Shown in pieces: positions 11,151 to 21,139 of a DNA stretch of 64,000 nucleotides. Origin of the DNA: Macrostomum lignano (Eukaryota); contig NIVC01001049.1 of assembly GCA_002269645.1 (NCBI GenBank), positions 62,001 through 126,000 of the forward strand. The letters run 5' to 3'. The notes under the pieces were generated by a model. That model was not told the DNA's origin and searched no databases. It saw only the letters and a list, made by a program, of their open reading frames with translations. The number at the start of each line of letters is the position of its first letter. Position 1 is the stretch's first letter. Both the position numbers and the translations under genes were made by a program.

Positions 11151-12833
11151 TACACTACCTCTCTACCTACATGCATACAATTGATCGGCAGGTTCATTGG
11201 TTTCTTTCAGTCGAATTTCCTGGAATTGAGACCGACTGCACATCATGTTTTCTCAGCCAACTTTGCACTGTTTTTTGCTAAATATTACTAGCAGTAGTAT
11301 AATGGCAAGCATGGTTTCAGTGCATTTTGAACTGCATGTTTCTTTTGTATCAGAAATCTCTCGCAATGTCCATAATCACAGAAGAAATGAAGTAAAGGCA
11401 GACACCTGCACTACACTGTCTACCTCTCCCCGCCTACTCTCTCTGTCTACATCACATTACATTCTGTTACAACGCACACGGGTACAGCTCAGACAAACAA
11501 TAACGCAGGAAAAAAGTCTATTTGATATTTCACATCGTTTATGGCGCATTAGTGTCTACCTATCAATTAATCAGGTTATTTGTGATATTAATGCGTTTTT
11601 ATTGTGTATATTCTAAACATTTTCAGTTTCTTTCTAACAGTAAATATTTGAATACCGGAAGCAGTGACTAAACTTCCACCTAAAATAGAATCAACGAATT
11701 AAAGAAGAACCTGACAACGCCGCCCTTGATTCAGTGGGCTTGAGAACAGATAGTGCGATCAAAGAAGCTTTCCACGAAGACACCATCCTCCATCAGCTCG
11801 TCCACGAGGTTGGAGACAGCAGTACCTGTATGGCTTGCTAGATTTAACACAATTTAAGCCAGCTTGGACAACCCGTCGTGATTGATCTCATCGATACAAT
11901 TGGAGGCAGCGGACTGGACCGTGGCATCTGCTTCAAGAGATATCGATAGAGACTTTACGATTGGAGTCGATTCAGATGGAATAGGCGATCCGGCAGACTG
12001 GCTCCACATCCAGCATGTATCAGTAAATACACGACTAGCCGTCGCATATGCTGAAGTGGGAAATCCAGCAGTTCGGCTCTGCGATCGAGAATTGAGTCTT
12101 TAAAAAGAATCGTCCATCTCACTCCGAAGACGCGTGTTGTCTACGTCGAGTCGAGCAGAGGATGTCGCTGAACACGTTCTTCGCGCTGGTTGTCGAGGCG
12201 TTGACAGGTACTTAGGTGCATTATGGAACATTTTAGGCACATAAATATAAGCTTGCTGAGATGAAACATCTGCTTGAACTTGTCAGGCAAACAAAAGGTG
12301 AAATTTGTTAAATGTCATCTCAAAATGTCATTGAAAACACGAATGAATTCGTATGAATTTGTAGAAAATGCATGAGGAGAAAATGTCCAAATTAGCGCAG
12401 TACACCCTGCTGCAAAGGATACCGAATACTGTAGGAATCTCTCCCGACATGGCCGGAGAACAAGAATTCCGACAGCAATATTAACTGATTTCTTCAAGAA
12501 TCACAATGAAACATCTAAAAGTCGCCATCACAGAAGACTTGAGTTGAGCAATGAAGTGGGGGGGGAGCGTTGTGCGAGGGTTGGACGGATTAAAGCTGCC
12601 CCGATCAGTTTTCTCGTATCTTTTATTTCAGAACAGTCCAACAGAAATTGCTCACTGGCGCATAGAGTGGCGACTTTTCAACGTTGCTGAGTATCGATAT
12701 AGGCCGTAATAGGCGCAGGATAAAGAGTAAGCAGTTTGAAACTATAAATGTTCTGTTTTGTTGTTAAGAGCACGGATCAGCACTGGCCAAGTGGGCTCTG
12801 CTGCTGGGTTGGTGGGTCTCCAGGAGTATAGAC

Positions 12834-13380
12834 TCAGGCCACCTGAACCTTGGCTCCCATTTTCGTAGCACAGAGCTTGGGCTGCATCACAAAGATAGCA
12901 GTAATTTTGGAGTGGCCTGGGTGAGCGCCTTCGTGGGCGAGAATTTCGGCTGGTCCTAACTGCGAAGCTCTCACTTTTGTATGGTCTGGCACCGCCACCA
13001 CGCTTAGCAGACCAGGTCCGGCCTCCTCAGAGACCATCATCCGCCGGCGTAAACTACCCATCAGGCAGAGTCGACCAGTTGGGCTGGCTGGGAGATCAAT
13101 GGCGTCACGCGCAAGCGACATCTCCAAAGCCTAGGATACCCGAATTCCCGATGGGTCTCACTGTAGCAGGGCAATACCACTTCTGGGGCTCAAGCTGCCG
13201 CCTGAGCTCAGCAAGAGGCCTGACCAGGTGGTCCGCTTGCCAGTTGCCTGCAGCACAAAGCGCGGTCATCTTCCTGATCATCGGCCCAGCAAACCCAGGC
13301 CGCACCGCAACCCTCCGGGCTGAGTGCGCCATTGGTGACAATCTCATCTGCAGAGACCGTCTGCTGTTCTGTTTTACTGC
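12834..13380 (-). mobile_element. Degraded Gypsy-like pol remnant (RNase H end and integrase zinc-finger region)
   Basis: GNWQADHLVRP resembles N..AD.LSR at the RNase H end. ILAHEGAHPGHSK resembles the integrase H2C2 start, and YCYLCDAAQ follows in another frame. Several frameshifts. Confidence 0.4.
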
Positions 13381-14547
13381 ATGATAAAAATTAACGAAGA
13401 CTTTATCAATGGGATTGGATTGGTTGATAAGGAAGAGACCCTGTAGGATCCAAATAATATCGCGAATATCTATACTATTTTCGTCGGATGCAATCATACT
13501 TACATTGCTTCTTTTAATCGCTTTGAAATCCATACGTACGTTTCAAAATATATAATAGTACTGCTTTATCAACCCCCTTGATCTCAACACACTCTCTCAA
13601 ATGCATACTGCTTTGAGCGCAGGAATACAGCTCTGAAAACTACTGAAATATTCATTTAATCTTTCAACTTTCTAATGACTTTTTTATTCTCCTCGGAGTA
13701 TAGCGGATGATTGGTTGGATAATCTGATGTGTCTAAGTGCTCTTTTTTTCCAGATCCTCATAAACATCCTGAGTAATCACAGAAAACAGCATGCGGTGAG
13801 TCACTTGCAATTGACAACTGTTCCAATTCTTTGCAATAACTTTGCAATAGCAATCGTAGATTAATATTGGTTGCATAAAACGTGTATCATATTTCTGGGA
13901 AATACTGCCTCCCTCTCTCGGACGCCGGACGGCAGCTCTGACTGGTTGACCTGGGGGGTCGCAGCGTCCCAACAGGTTGGCTGTAGGCGGGCGCTCCCGA
14001 TGAAGGGGCGCAGAACAACTGCATTTCTCACCAGAAGCCAAATTCAACAAATTCCAGTTCCATGTTTTCGTTTCAAGTCAGTTATGCTGTCAGATAATTT
14101 CAGCAATGTTCTATCGGTAGATGTAGATAGCCGTCATAATCGTGAGTTATTACTTTATGCTGTTGAAACCAGCTGTGAGCCTTAAGTGCTAATTTAATAT
14201 TTGATACGTTCTAGAGGCTTGGCAAGGCTGCCCAGCGCTTATGGGAAAAATCCGACCTTCTGGCAGAATTATGGAAAATTTTGACGACGTCCGGAGGGCT
14301 TGCGACTTGGTTCTTGTTTGAGCAGGAGCGCGACAAAAAGTGAGCCCGGGCTCTTGGCTTTCATGTGCCTGCGTTCTGGCGCGAATATCGGGGGGGGGGG
14401 GTTCTCCGCGCGAAAAATGGCAATTGGTATTCCTACTGTTAGTAGTAAGATGCCTGGACAAGATTTTTCATACGACACACGGCCAAGGAAAGGCAGAGGT
14501 CCGGAGCCAGGGTCACTGTAAGAGGCTTCCATATAGTGCTCGTGTAT

Positions 14548-14612
14548 TGAGGCCAAGCGCAGATTCGAACCCGGGACCCATCTGGGGCTTCGCTAACCAC
14601 TTTCACAAAGCA
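14548..14612 (-). mobile_element. tRNA-derived SINE head or tRNA pseudogene fragment
   Basis: Minus strand AAGTGGTTAGCG ... CCCGGGTTCGAATCTG gives A-box-like and B-box motifs. No complete cloverleaf. Confidence 0.4.
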
Positions 14613-14784
14613 AATAATTCCAAGGCACATCGTAACGGTGGAAGGAGTCACGGCCTAGCGTTTCTCTGTGAACTGTTTATTTGAAAAAAAACTTGTGGTA
14701 GTACTCAAATTATCAGAATGAGAACTCAGAAATGATAAAGCGAAGCCGGGTCACCTGTCCATTGCCAGGTAGTAGCCAGCCGGG

Positions 14785-16311
14785 TCACCTGTCCATTGCC
14801 AGGCTGTAGCCAGCCATCTCAGCAGCCGTTCGGCCATTTGAGTCGGGCAGGACCAGACACTGCGGCCCGACCTCGCTGAGGAGCCAGTCCATCAGCTGCT
14901 GCTTCTTGCTGTTCGCAGCGGCATAGTGAGCCACCGTCTGACCGCTACGATTCGTCAGACCGAAGGCGGCGATGCCCATCGTCTCCTTGATGAGCCTCAG
15001 CGAGTCCACGTCCTGATGCCGAGCTGCCAGGTGCAGCGCCAGGCTGCCGTCGGTGTCCCTCAGCTGCAGGCAGTCGGGTCCCAGCTGGCCGACAATCCAC
15101 CGCAGTGCGGAGCTGCTTCTGCAGTTGATGGCTGCGAAATGGGCCGCAGTTCTCTGCTTGTCAGATGCCACCGTGAGGCATTTCGGTCCGAGCGAGCTCA
15201 CCGCCAGCTGCATCGACTTCTCGTCCTGATGCTGAGCTGCCTGGTGAACCGGCGTTTCGCCAAACGCATTCTTGGCCAGCAGACACTCCGCTCCCAGCTC
15301 CTTGACGCACCAGTCAAAGGCGGAGTCGCTGATGACGTTTCTCGCTGCGCAGTGCACCGAAGTATCTTCGCTGAGGCCTTTCAGCATGAAGACGTCAGGA
15401 CCGAGCTGCTCCTTGATGAACTGCATCGAGTCGGAGCCCTGTCTGAATGCGGCCAGGTGAACGGGAGTGCAGCCCTGCTTATCCGTCTCCATCAGAGAGT
15501 CTGAGCCGCACTCGCTGACCAGCCACTTAAAGGCTGAGTTGCTGCTCAAATTCATGGCTGCCTCGTGAACGACTGTGCGGCCAAACTCGCACCGCTGCTT
15601 GAAGCAGCCGGGCCCGAGCTGCTCCTTGATGAACTGCATCGAGTCGGAGCCCTGAATCATGGCTGACAGGTGAGCAGGCGTGCTGCCACCAGAAGCTTCC
15701 ACCCTGAGACAGGCTGGTCCAGCCTTCTGAACCAGCCACTTCAGAGCCGAGTTGCTGTGCGGGTTCAGCGCCGCCATGTGCACCATGGTTCTGCCGCCGT
15801 ATCCCCTCAGCTTGAGGCACGCAGGTCCCAAGCAGCTGTAGATGAACTCCATGGAAGCCGCACTCTGGTACTGAGCTGCCAGGTGCACAGCTAGAAATCC
15901 ATGTTCATCCCTTGTTTTTGACAGGTAGGCAGTTCCGAACTTCCTAACCAGCAGCTTGAGACAGTCGAGTCCGTACGGCTTTCTAGCGACTTGGTGAACC
16001 ACCGGGCCTTCGTAACTGGCTGTCCTCACCGTCAGGTTGGTGTCCAGCTGCCCGCACAGCTGCAGCAGCCGGTCGCAGTCGTCAGCGTCCAGGGCAGCTC
16101 GCAGCTGGTCAGCAGTGGTCATTGCTTGGGTCAGGTGTGAGAGGGCCTTTGCTGCTGAGCCAGACAAAGTCACCAATATGGCAGCAGAGTGCCGCAGAAC
16201 CAATCGGGTTGGCCCATAGACACCAAGGAAGTGCGCGACCGTGAGATGCGCGCTCTTTGTTGGCGAGCAAGTCTGCAGAATATCTGCTAGAGTCTGGAGC
16301 AGATTCACTCT
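14785..16311 (-). CDS. Intronless ankyrin-repeat protein (ten alternating 35/36-aa repeats plus capping repeats)
   Basis: Repeated T..H.AA motifs. First ATG at 16122 gives 445 aa; the frame stays open up to a splice-acceptor-like CAG at 16312-16314. Confidence 0.9.
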   Translation of the reverse strand, partial: RVNLLQTLADILQTCSPTKSAHLTVAHFLGVYGPTRLVLRHSAAILVTLSGSAAKALSHLTQAMTTADQLRAALDADDCDRLLQLCGQLDTNLTVRTASYEGPVVHQVARKPYGLDCLKLLVRKFGTAYLSKTRDEHGFLAVHLAAQYQSAASMEFIYSCLGPACLKLRGYGGRTMVHMAALNPHSNSALKWLVQKAGPACLRVEASGGSTPAHLSAMIQGSDSMQFIKEQLGPGCFKQRCEFGRTVVHEAAMNLSSNSAFKWLVSECGSDSLMETDKQGCTPVHLAAFRQGSDSMQFIKEQLGPDVFMLKGLSEDTSVHCAARNVISDSAFDWCVKELGAECLLAKNAFGETPVHQAAQHQDEKSMQLAVSSLGPKCLTVASDKQRTAAHFAAINCRSSSALRWIVGQLGPDCLQLRDTDGSLALHLAARHQDVDSLRLIKETMGIAAFGLTNRSGQTVAHYAAANSKKQQLMDWLLSEVGPQCLVLPDSNGRTAAEMAGYSLAMDR

Positions 16312-16480
16312 CTGATGAAGCGGAGAGGCTGATTCACTCTCTGATGGAGCGGAGAGGCTGATTCACTCTCTGATGGAGCGGAGAGGCAGGTTCACTCTCT
16401 GATGGAGCGGAGAGGCAGGTTCACTCTCTGATGGAGCAGAGAGGCTGATTCACTCTCTGATGGAGCAGAGAGGCTGATTC
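16302..16480. repeat. 29-bp tandem repeat, 6 copies, abutting the ankyrin ORF 5' end
   Basis: Unit TTCACTCTCTGATGGAGCGGAGAGGCTGA. Confidence 0.9.
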
Positions 16481-16569
16481 AAGCAGCATTCAGCAAGATT
16501 CAATCAGTGTGCAATCTAATAATTCATGTGTCAATCCACAGTGTATTCTGTGGTACAATCTGAACACCG

Positions 16570-16757
16570 ATTCACTCAGTGAGCAATCTGATCACAAATT
16601 CACCCAGTGAGCAATCTGATCACGATTCACTCAGTGAGCAATCTGATCACAAATTCACCCAGTGAGCAATCTGATCACGATTCACTCAGTGAGCAATCTG
16701 ATCACAGATCTTCACTCAGTGAGCAATCTGAGCACAAATCTTCACTCAGTGAGCAAT
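16570..16757. repeat. Tandem repeat with CAGTGAGCAATCTGATCAC core
   Basis: About 6-7 near-identical units. Confidence 0.85.
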
Positions 16758-16998
16758 CCCTGATAAAGTCGAATTTATGCATTTTGCATGCTGCATGCAA
16801 ATTTCGTTATGAAAGAGTTTCTCACGAAGATTTTTCTCTCGAAAATATTTCGAAATTGTCACTGTGTTGAGCAGACTGAAATTATTGATTCGGTACATGC
16901 CTGCACATTCGGTACGATGCGGATCCCCCCGAATCGATCGAGCTTCAACTTCGACTCGACACCGTTTTGCATCTCCCAAGCCGCTCACCCAGCCAGCA

Positions 16999-17517
16999 AT
17001 GTCACTCTCCCATCTCACAGCCGCCGCCGCCCTGCTGCTCCTCTCCACTGCAGGCACCGGCTTCGCCTACAGGGAGTCCATGAAAGTGAACGGCCTGCCG
17101 GGGGATGTGATTTACACCTTCACCACAGTCCTGCGGCGCATGAGATTCACCTGTGGCGACACGCTGGCCGAAAGACTGTTCGATGCGGCATTCATCCGGT
17201 TCCCCCACAACTCCGTGACGGTGGTGGTCTTCGACACGATCTGGGGCCCCGACGGCAGCCACTTCTCACCTTGCCGCAGCTTCCAGTTCCAGTTCCAGAA
17301 CGGGGGCAAAAAATGCAGCTTCATCGTCTCTATTGGCCTTGAAAGATGGAAGTCGGGCGGCCGGAACAATCGGGATCTGCACACCCAGCTGGAGCGCGCC
17401 AGGGACACCTTCGCTGCCAGTGGAAGGCCGCTGACAGCAGCCAAGCAGGTTCTCGATAGCATGGACCTGCAGGCTGACTGCAGCAGCATCAGCATGCTCG
17501 GGGAAGTCAAAGAGTAA
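16999..17517 (+). CDS. Intronless secreted protein of unknown family (172 aa; frame continues past the stop to 17649)
   Basis: ATG 16999, signal peptide MSLSHLTAAAALLLLSTAGTGFA, Cys-containing mature part, GC-rich codon usage, AATAAA at 17734. Confidence 0.7.
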   Translation: MSLSHLTAAAALLLLSTAGTGFAYRESMKVNGLPGDVIYTFTTVLRRMRFTCGDTLAERLFDAAFIRFPHNSVTVVVFDTIWGPDGSHFSPCRSFQFQFQNGGKKCSFIVSIGLERWKSGGRNNRDLHTQLERARDTFAASGRPLTAAKQVLDSMDLQADCSSISMLGEVKE

Positions 17518-17814
17518 ACGCGCCGAAGGAACGGCGGACTTCGACGGGTGAACATTTTCTTCCGAGCGACGCCGTACACCATCGGGACGGCTGAGTATCG
17601 CGGGTCAGGCGGAGGGGCCACCTGGGTGAAGCTGTTCGCTGCCACCTGAGCTGCCTCTGCGACTCGCGCTATTCGAGGTCAATCTAGCCAAACTGCTGAA
17701 CCGGAAATTCTGTTTTAGTTTTGAGAGCGGAGAAATAAACGCCAAATATTAATCACTCGAATGTTTAATCCGCTGATTGGCTCTTTTTCTAGCTTTTGGG
17801 AAACTAGCCACCAG

Positions 17815-19275
17815 TGACCAGTGACCACTGCTGCTTATTCAGTGACCACTGCTGCCCATTCAGTGACCACTGCTGCTCATTCAGTGACCACTGCTGCCCC
17901 ATTCAGTGACCACTGCTGCTCATTCAGTGACCCACAGCTGCCCCATTCAGTGACCCACAGCTGCCCCATTCAGTGACCCACTGCTGCTCATTCAGTGACC
18001 ACTGCTGCTTATTCAGTGACCACTGCTGCCCATTCAGTGACCACTGCTGCTCATTCAGTGACCACTGCTGCCCCATTCAGTGACCACTGCTGCTCATTCA
18101 GTGACCCACAGCTGCCCCATTCAGTGACCCACTGCTGCTCATTCAGTGACCACTGCTGCTCATTCAGTGACCACTGCTGCTCATTCAGTGACCCACAGCT
18201 GCCCCATTCAGTGACCCACTGCTGCTCATTCAGTGACCACTGCTGCTCATTCAGTGACCACTGCTGCTCATTCAGTGACCCACAGCTGCCCCATTCAGTG
18301 ACCACTGCTGCTCATTCAGTGACTCACTCCTGCTCATTCAGTGACCACTGCTGCTCATTCAGTGACTCACTGCTTCTCATTCAGTGACCACTGCTGCTCA
18401 TTCAGTGACCACTGCTGCTCATTCAGTGACCCACAGCTGCCCCATTCAGTGACCCACTGCTGCTCATTCAGTGACTCACTGCTGCTCATTCAGTGACCAC
18501 TGCTGCCCATTCAGTGACCACTGCTGCTCATTCAGTGACCACTGCTGCTCATTCAGTGACCACTGCTGCTCATTCAGTGACCCACAGCTGCCCCATTCAG
18601 TGACCCACTGCTGCTCATTCAGTGACCCACAGCTGCCCCATTCAGTGACCCACTGCTGCTCATTCAGTGACTCACTGCTGCTCATTCAGTGACCACTGCT
18701 GCCCATTCAGTGACCACTGCTGCTCATTCAGTGACCACTGCTGCTCATTCAGTGACCACTGCTGCCCATTCAGTGACTCACTGCTGCTCATTCAGTGACC
18801 ACTGCTGCTCATTCAGTGACTCACTGCTGCTCATTCAGTGACCACTGCTGCTCATTCAGTGACTCACTGCTGCTCATTCAGTGACCACTGCTGCTCATTC
18901 AGTGACCATTGCTGCTCATTCAGTGACCACTGCTGCTCATTCAGTGACTACTGCTGCTCATTCAGTGACCCACAGCTGCCCCATTCAGTGACCCACTGCT
19001 GCTCATTCAGTGACTCACTGCTGCTCATTCAGTGACCACTGCTGCTCATTCAGTGACCACTGCTGCTCATTCAGTGACCCACAGCTGCCCCATTCAGTGA
19101 CCCACTGCTGCTCATTCAGTGACTCACTGCTGCTCATTCAGTGACCACTGCTGCCCATTCAGTGACCACTGCTGCTCATTCAGTGACCACTGCTGCCCAT
19201 TCAGACTCACTGCTGCTCATTCAGTGACCACTGCTGCTCATTCAGTGACCACTGCTGCTCATTCAGTGACCCACT
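17815..19275. repeat. 21-23-bp minisatellite
   Basis: Unit CAGTGACCACTGCTGCTCATT, with the variant CAGTGACCCACAGCTGCCCCATT. Confidence 0.95.
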
Positions 19276-19454
19276 GCAGCACCGTGTGTTGAAAAGTGGT
19301 TGTCAGCTGCAGTCCCCCATGGAGCGATGCTAATTAACAAAACTTAAATTACGGACCACCTGAACAGTCTAATTAGTATCTGTGCCATGCACAGTCAGTT
19401 TATCAGTGTCCTGTAGCTACTAGTATGTGCATGCACTCAGTTGAGTATTGATTC

Positions 19455-20555
19455 TGTGTCTCTGCGTCCTTGGTGTCTGTGTGTCCTTGGTGCCTGTGTG
19501 TCCTTGGTGCCTGTGTGTCCTTGGTGTCTGTGTGTCCTTGGTGTCTGTGTGTCCTTGGTGTCTGTGTGTCCTTGGTGTCTGTGTGTCCTTGGTGTCTGTG
19601 TGTCCTTGGTGTCTGTGTGTCCTTGGTGTCTGTGTGTCCTTGGTGCCTGTGTGTCCTTGGTGTCTGTGTGTCCTTGGTGTCTGTGTGTCCTTGGTGCCTG
19701 TGTGTCCTTGGTGTCTGTGTGTCCTTGGTGCCTGTGTGTCCTTGGTGCCTGTGTGTCCTTGGTGTCTGTGTGTCCTTGGTGTCTGTGTGTCCTTGGTGTC
19801 TGTGTGTCCTTGGTGTCTGTGTGTCCTTGGTGCCTGTGTGTCCTTGGTGTCTGTGTGTCCTTGGTGTCTGTGTGTCCTTGGTGTCTGTGTGTCCTTGGTG
19901 TCTGTGTGTCCTTGGTGCCTGTGTGTCCTTGGTGTCTGTGTGTCCTTGGTGTCTGTGTGTCCTTGGTGCCTGTGTGTCCTTGGTGTCTGTGTGTCCTTGG
20001 TGCCTGTGTGTCCTTGGTGCCTGTGTGTCCTTGGTGTCTGTGTGTCCTTGGTGTCTGTGTGTCCTTGGTGTCTGTGTGTCCTTGGTGTCTGTGTGTCCTT
20101 GGTGTCTGTGTGTCCTTGGTGCCTGTGTGTCCTTGGTGTCTGTGTGTCCTTGGTGTCTGTGTGTCCTTGGTGTCTGTGTGTCCTTGGTGCCTGTGTGTCC
20201 TTGGTGTCTGTGTGTCCTTGGTGTCTGTGTGTCCTTGGTGTCTGTGTGTCCTTGGTGTCTGTGTGTCCTTGGTGTCTGTGTGTCCTTGGTGTCTGTGTGT
20301 CCTTGGTGCCTGTGTGTCCTTGGTGCCTGTGTGTCCTTGGTGTCTGTGTGTCCTTGGTGTCTGTGTGTCCTTGGTGCCTGTGTGTCCTTGGTGCCTGTGT
20401 GTCCTTGGTGTCTGTGTGTCCTTGGTGTCTGTGTGTCCTTGGTGTCTGTGTGTCCTTGGTGTCTGTGTGTCCTTGGTGTCTGTGTGTCCTTGGTGCCTGT
20501 GTGTCCTTGGTGTCTGTGTGTCCTTGGTGTCTGTGTGTCCTTGGTGTCTGTGTGT
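19455..20555. repeat. 17-bp minisatellite
   Basis: Unit CCTTGGTGTCTGTGTGT; explains the five ORFs between 19403 and 20724. Confidence 0.95.
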
Positions 20556-21139
20556 GTGTCTGGTATCTGGTAGATTGCAGTGCAGCGAGACAAATCTAGT
20601 CAGTCTAGACAAATTGACAAGTCAAGTCATAATTACAAGCAAAGAGGCAAGGAAACGATGGCTCATAGGCAAACTTTTTATTGATAATTCGCGTATGGCA
20701 GGGCAGGTGCAAAGTAAATATTGAATCAATAATATTTGGGGTCAAAAGCATGCACAAATGGTGCAAACATGAGTATGAAAAAGCATAGAAGATGCGCAAG
20801 AAGTAAAAGAGAGAGAGAGACAAGTGCAGCATGCACTCGCTGAGCATAAACCACAAACACAAGCCCAACATTAGTCTGTCTGTTAGGCTGGTGTCTCTAT
20901 ATAATATATTGATAAATATCCGGACAGAATTCTAAGGGATAAAAGTGGCATCATAAAGGATCAAAGCGTCTGTCTTGTTGCCAAACAGAATTCAGCATCT
21001 ATCCTCCATCATGAGGAATATGAAGAATCCATTGGCTGAAACAGACAAGGAAAAGCATAGACAAGTGGCAGTTTCTTGATTTCTTGAGTCTGTCAACATC
21101 TCCCTGCACTGCATCAGGGATGTGGCACTCGCAGGCCAA

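Noticed and set aside
11700-12210. Protein-like fragments on both strands
   Set aside because: Short, interrupted by stops and without a recognisable motif; cannot be assigned.
12517-12678. 11-bp inverted repeat AAAAGTCGCCA / TGGCGACTTTT as a MITE
   Set aside because: Too short, does not extend, and has no TSD.
19403-20724. Five ORFs of 367-427 aa
   Set aside because: They are frame-cycling translations of a 17-bp satellite. The same applies to ORFs over the arrays at 21953-22543, 25406-26676, 34542-35415, 35963-36727, 47278-48123, 48526-49359, 50295-51078, 53084-54153 and 55762-56683.
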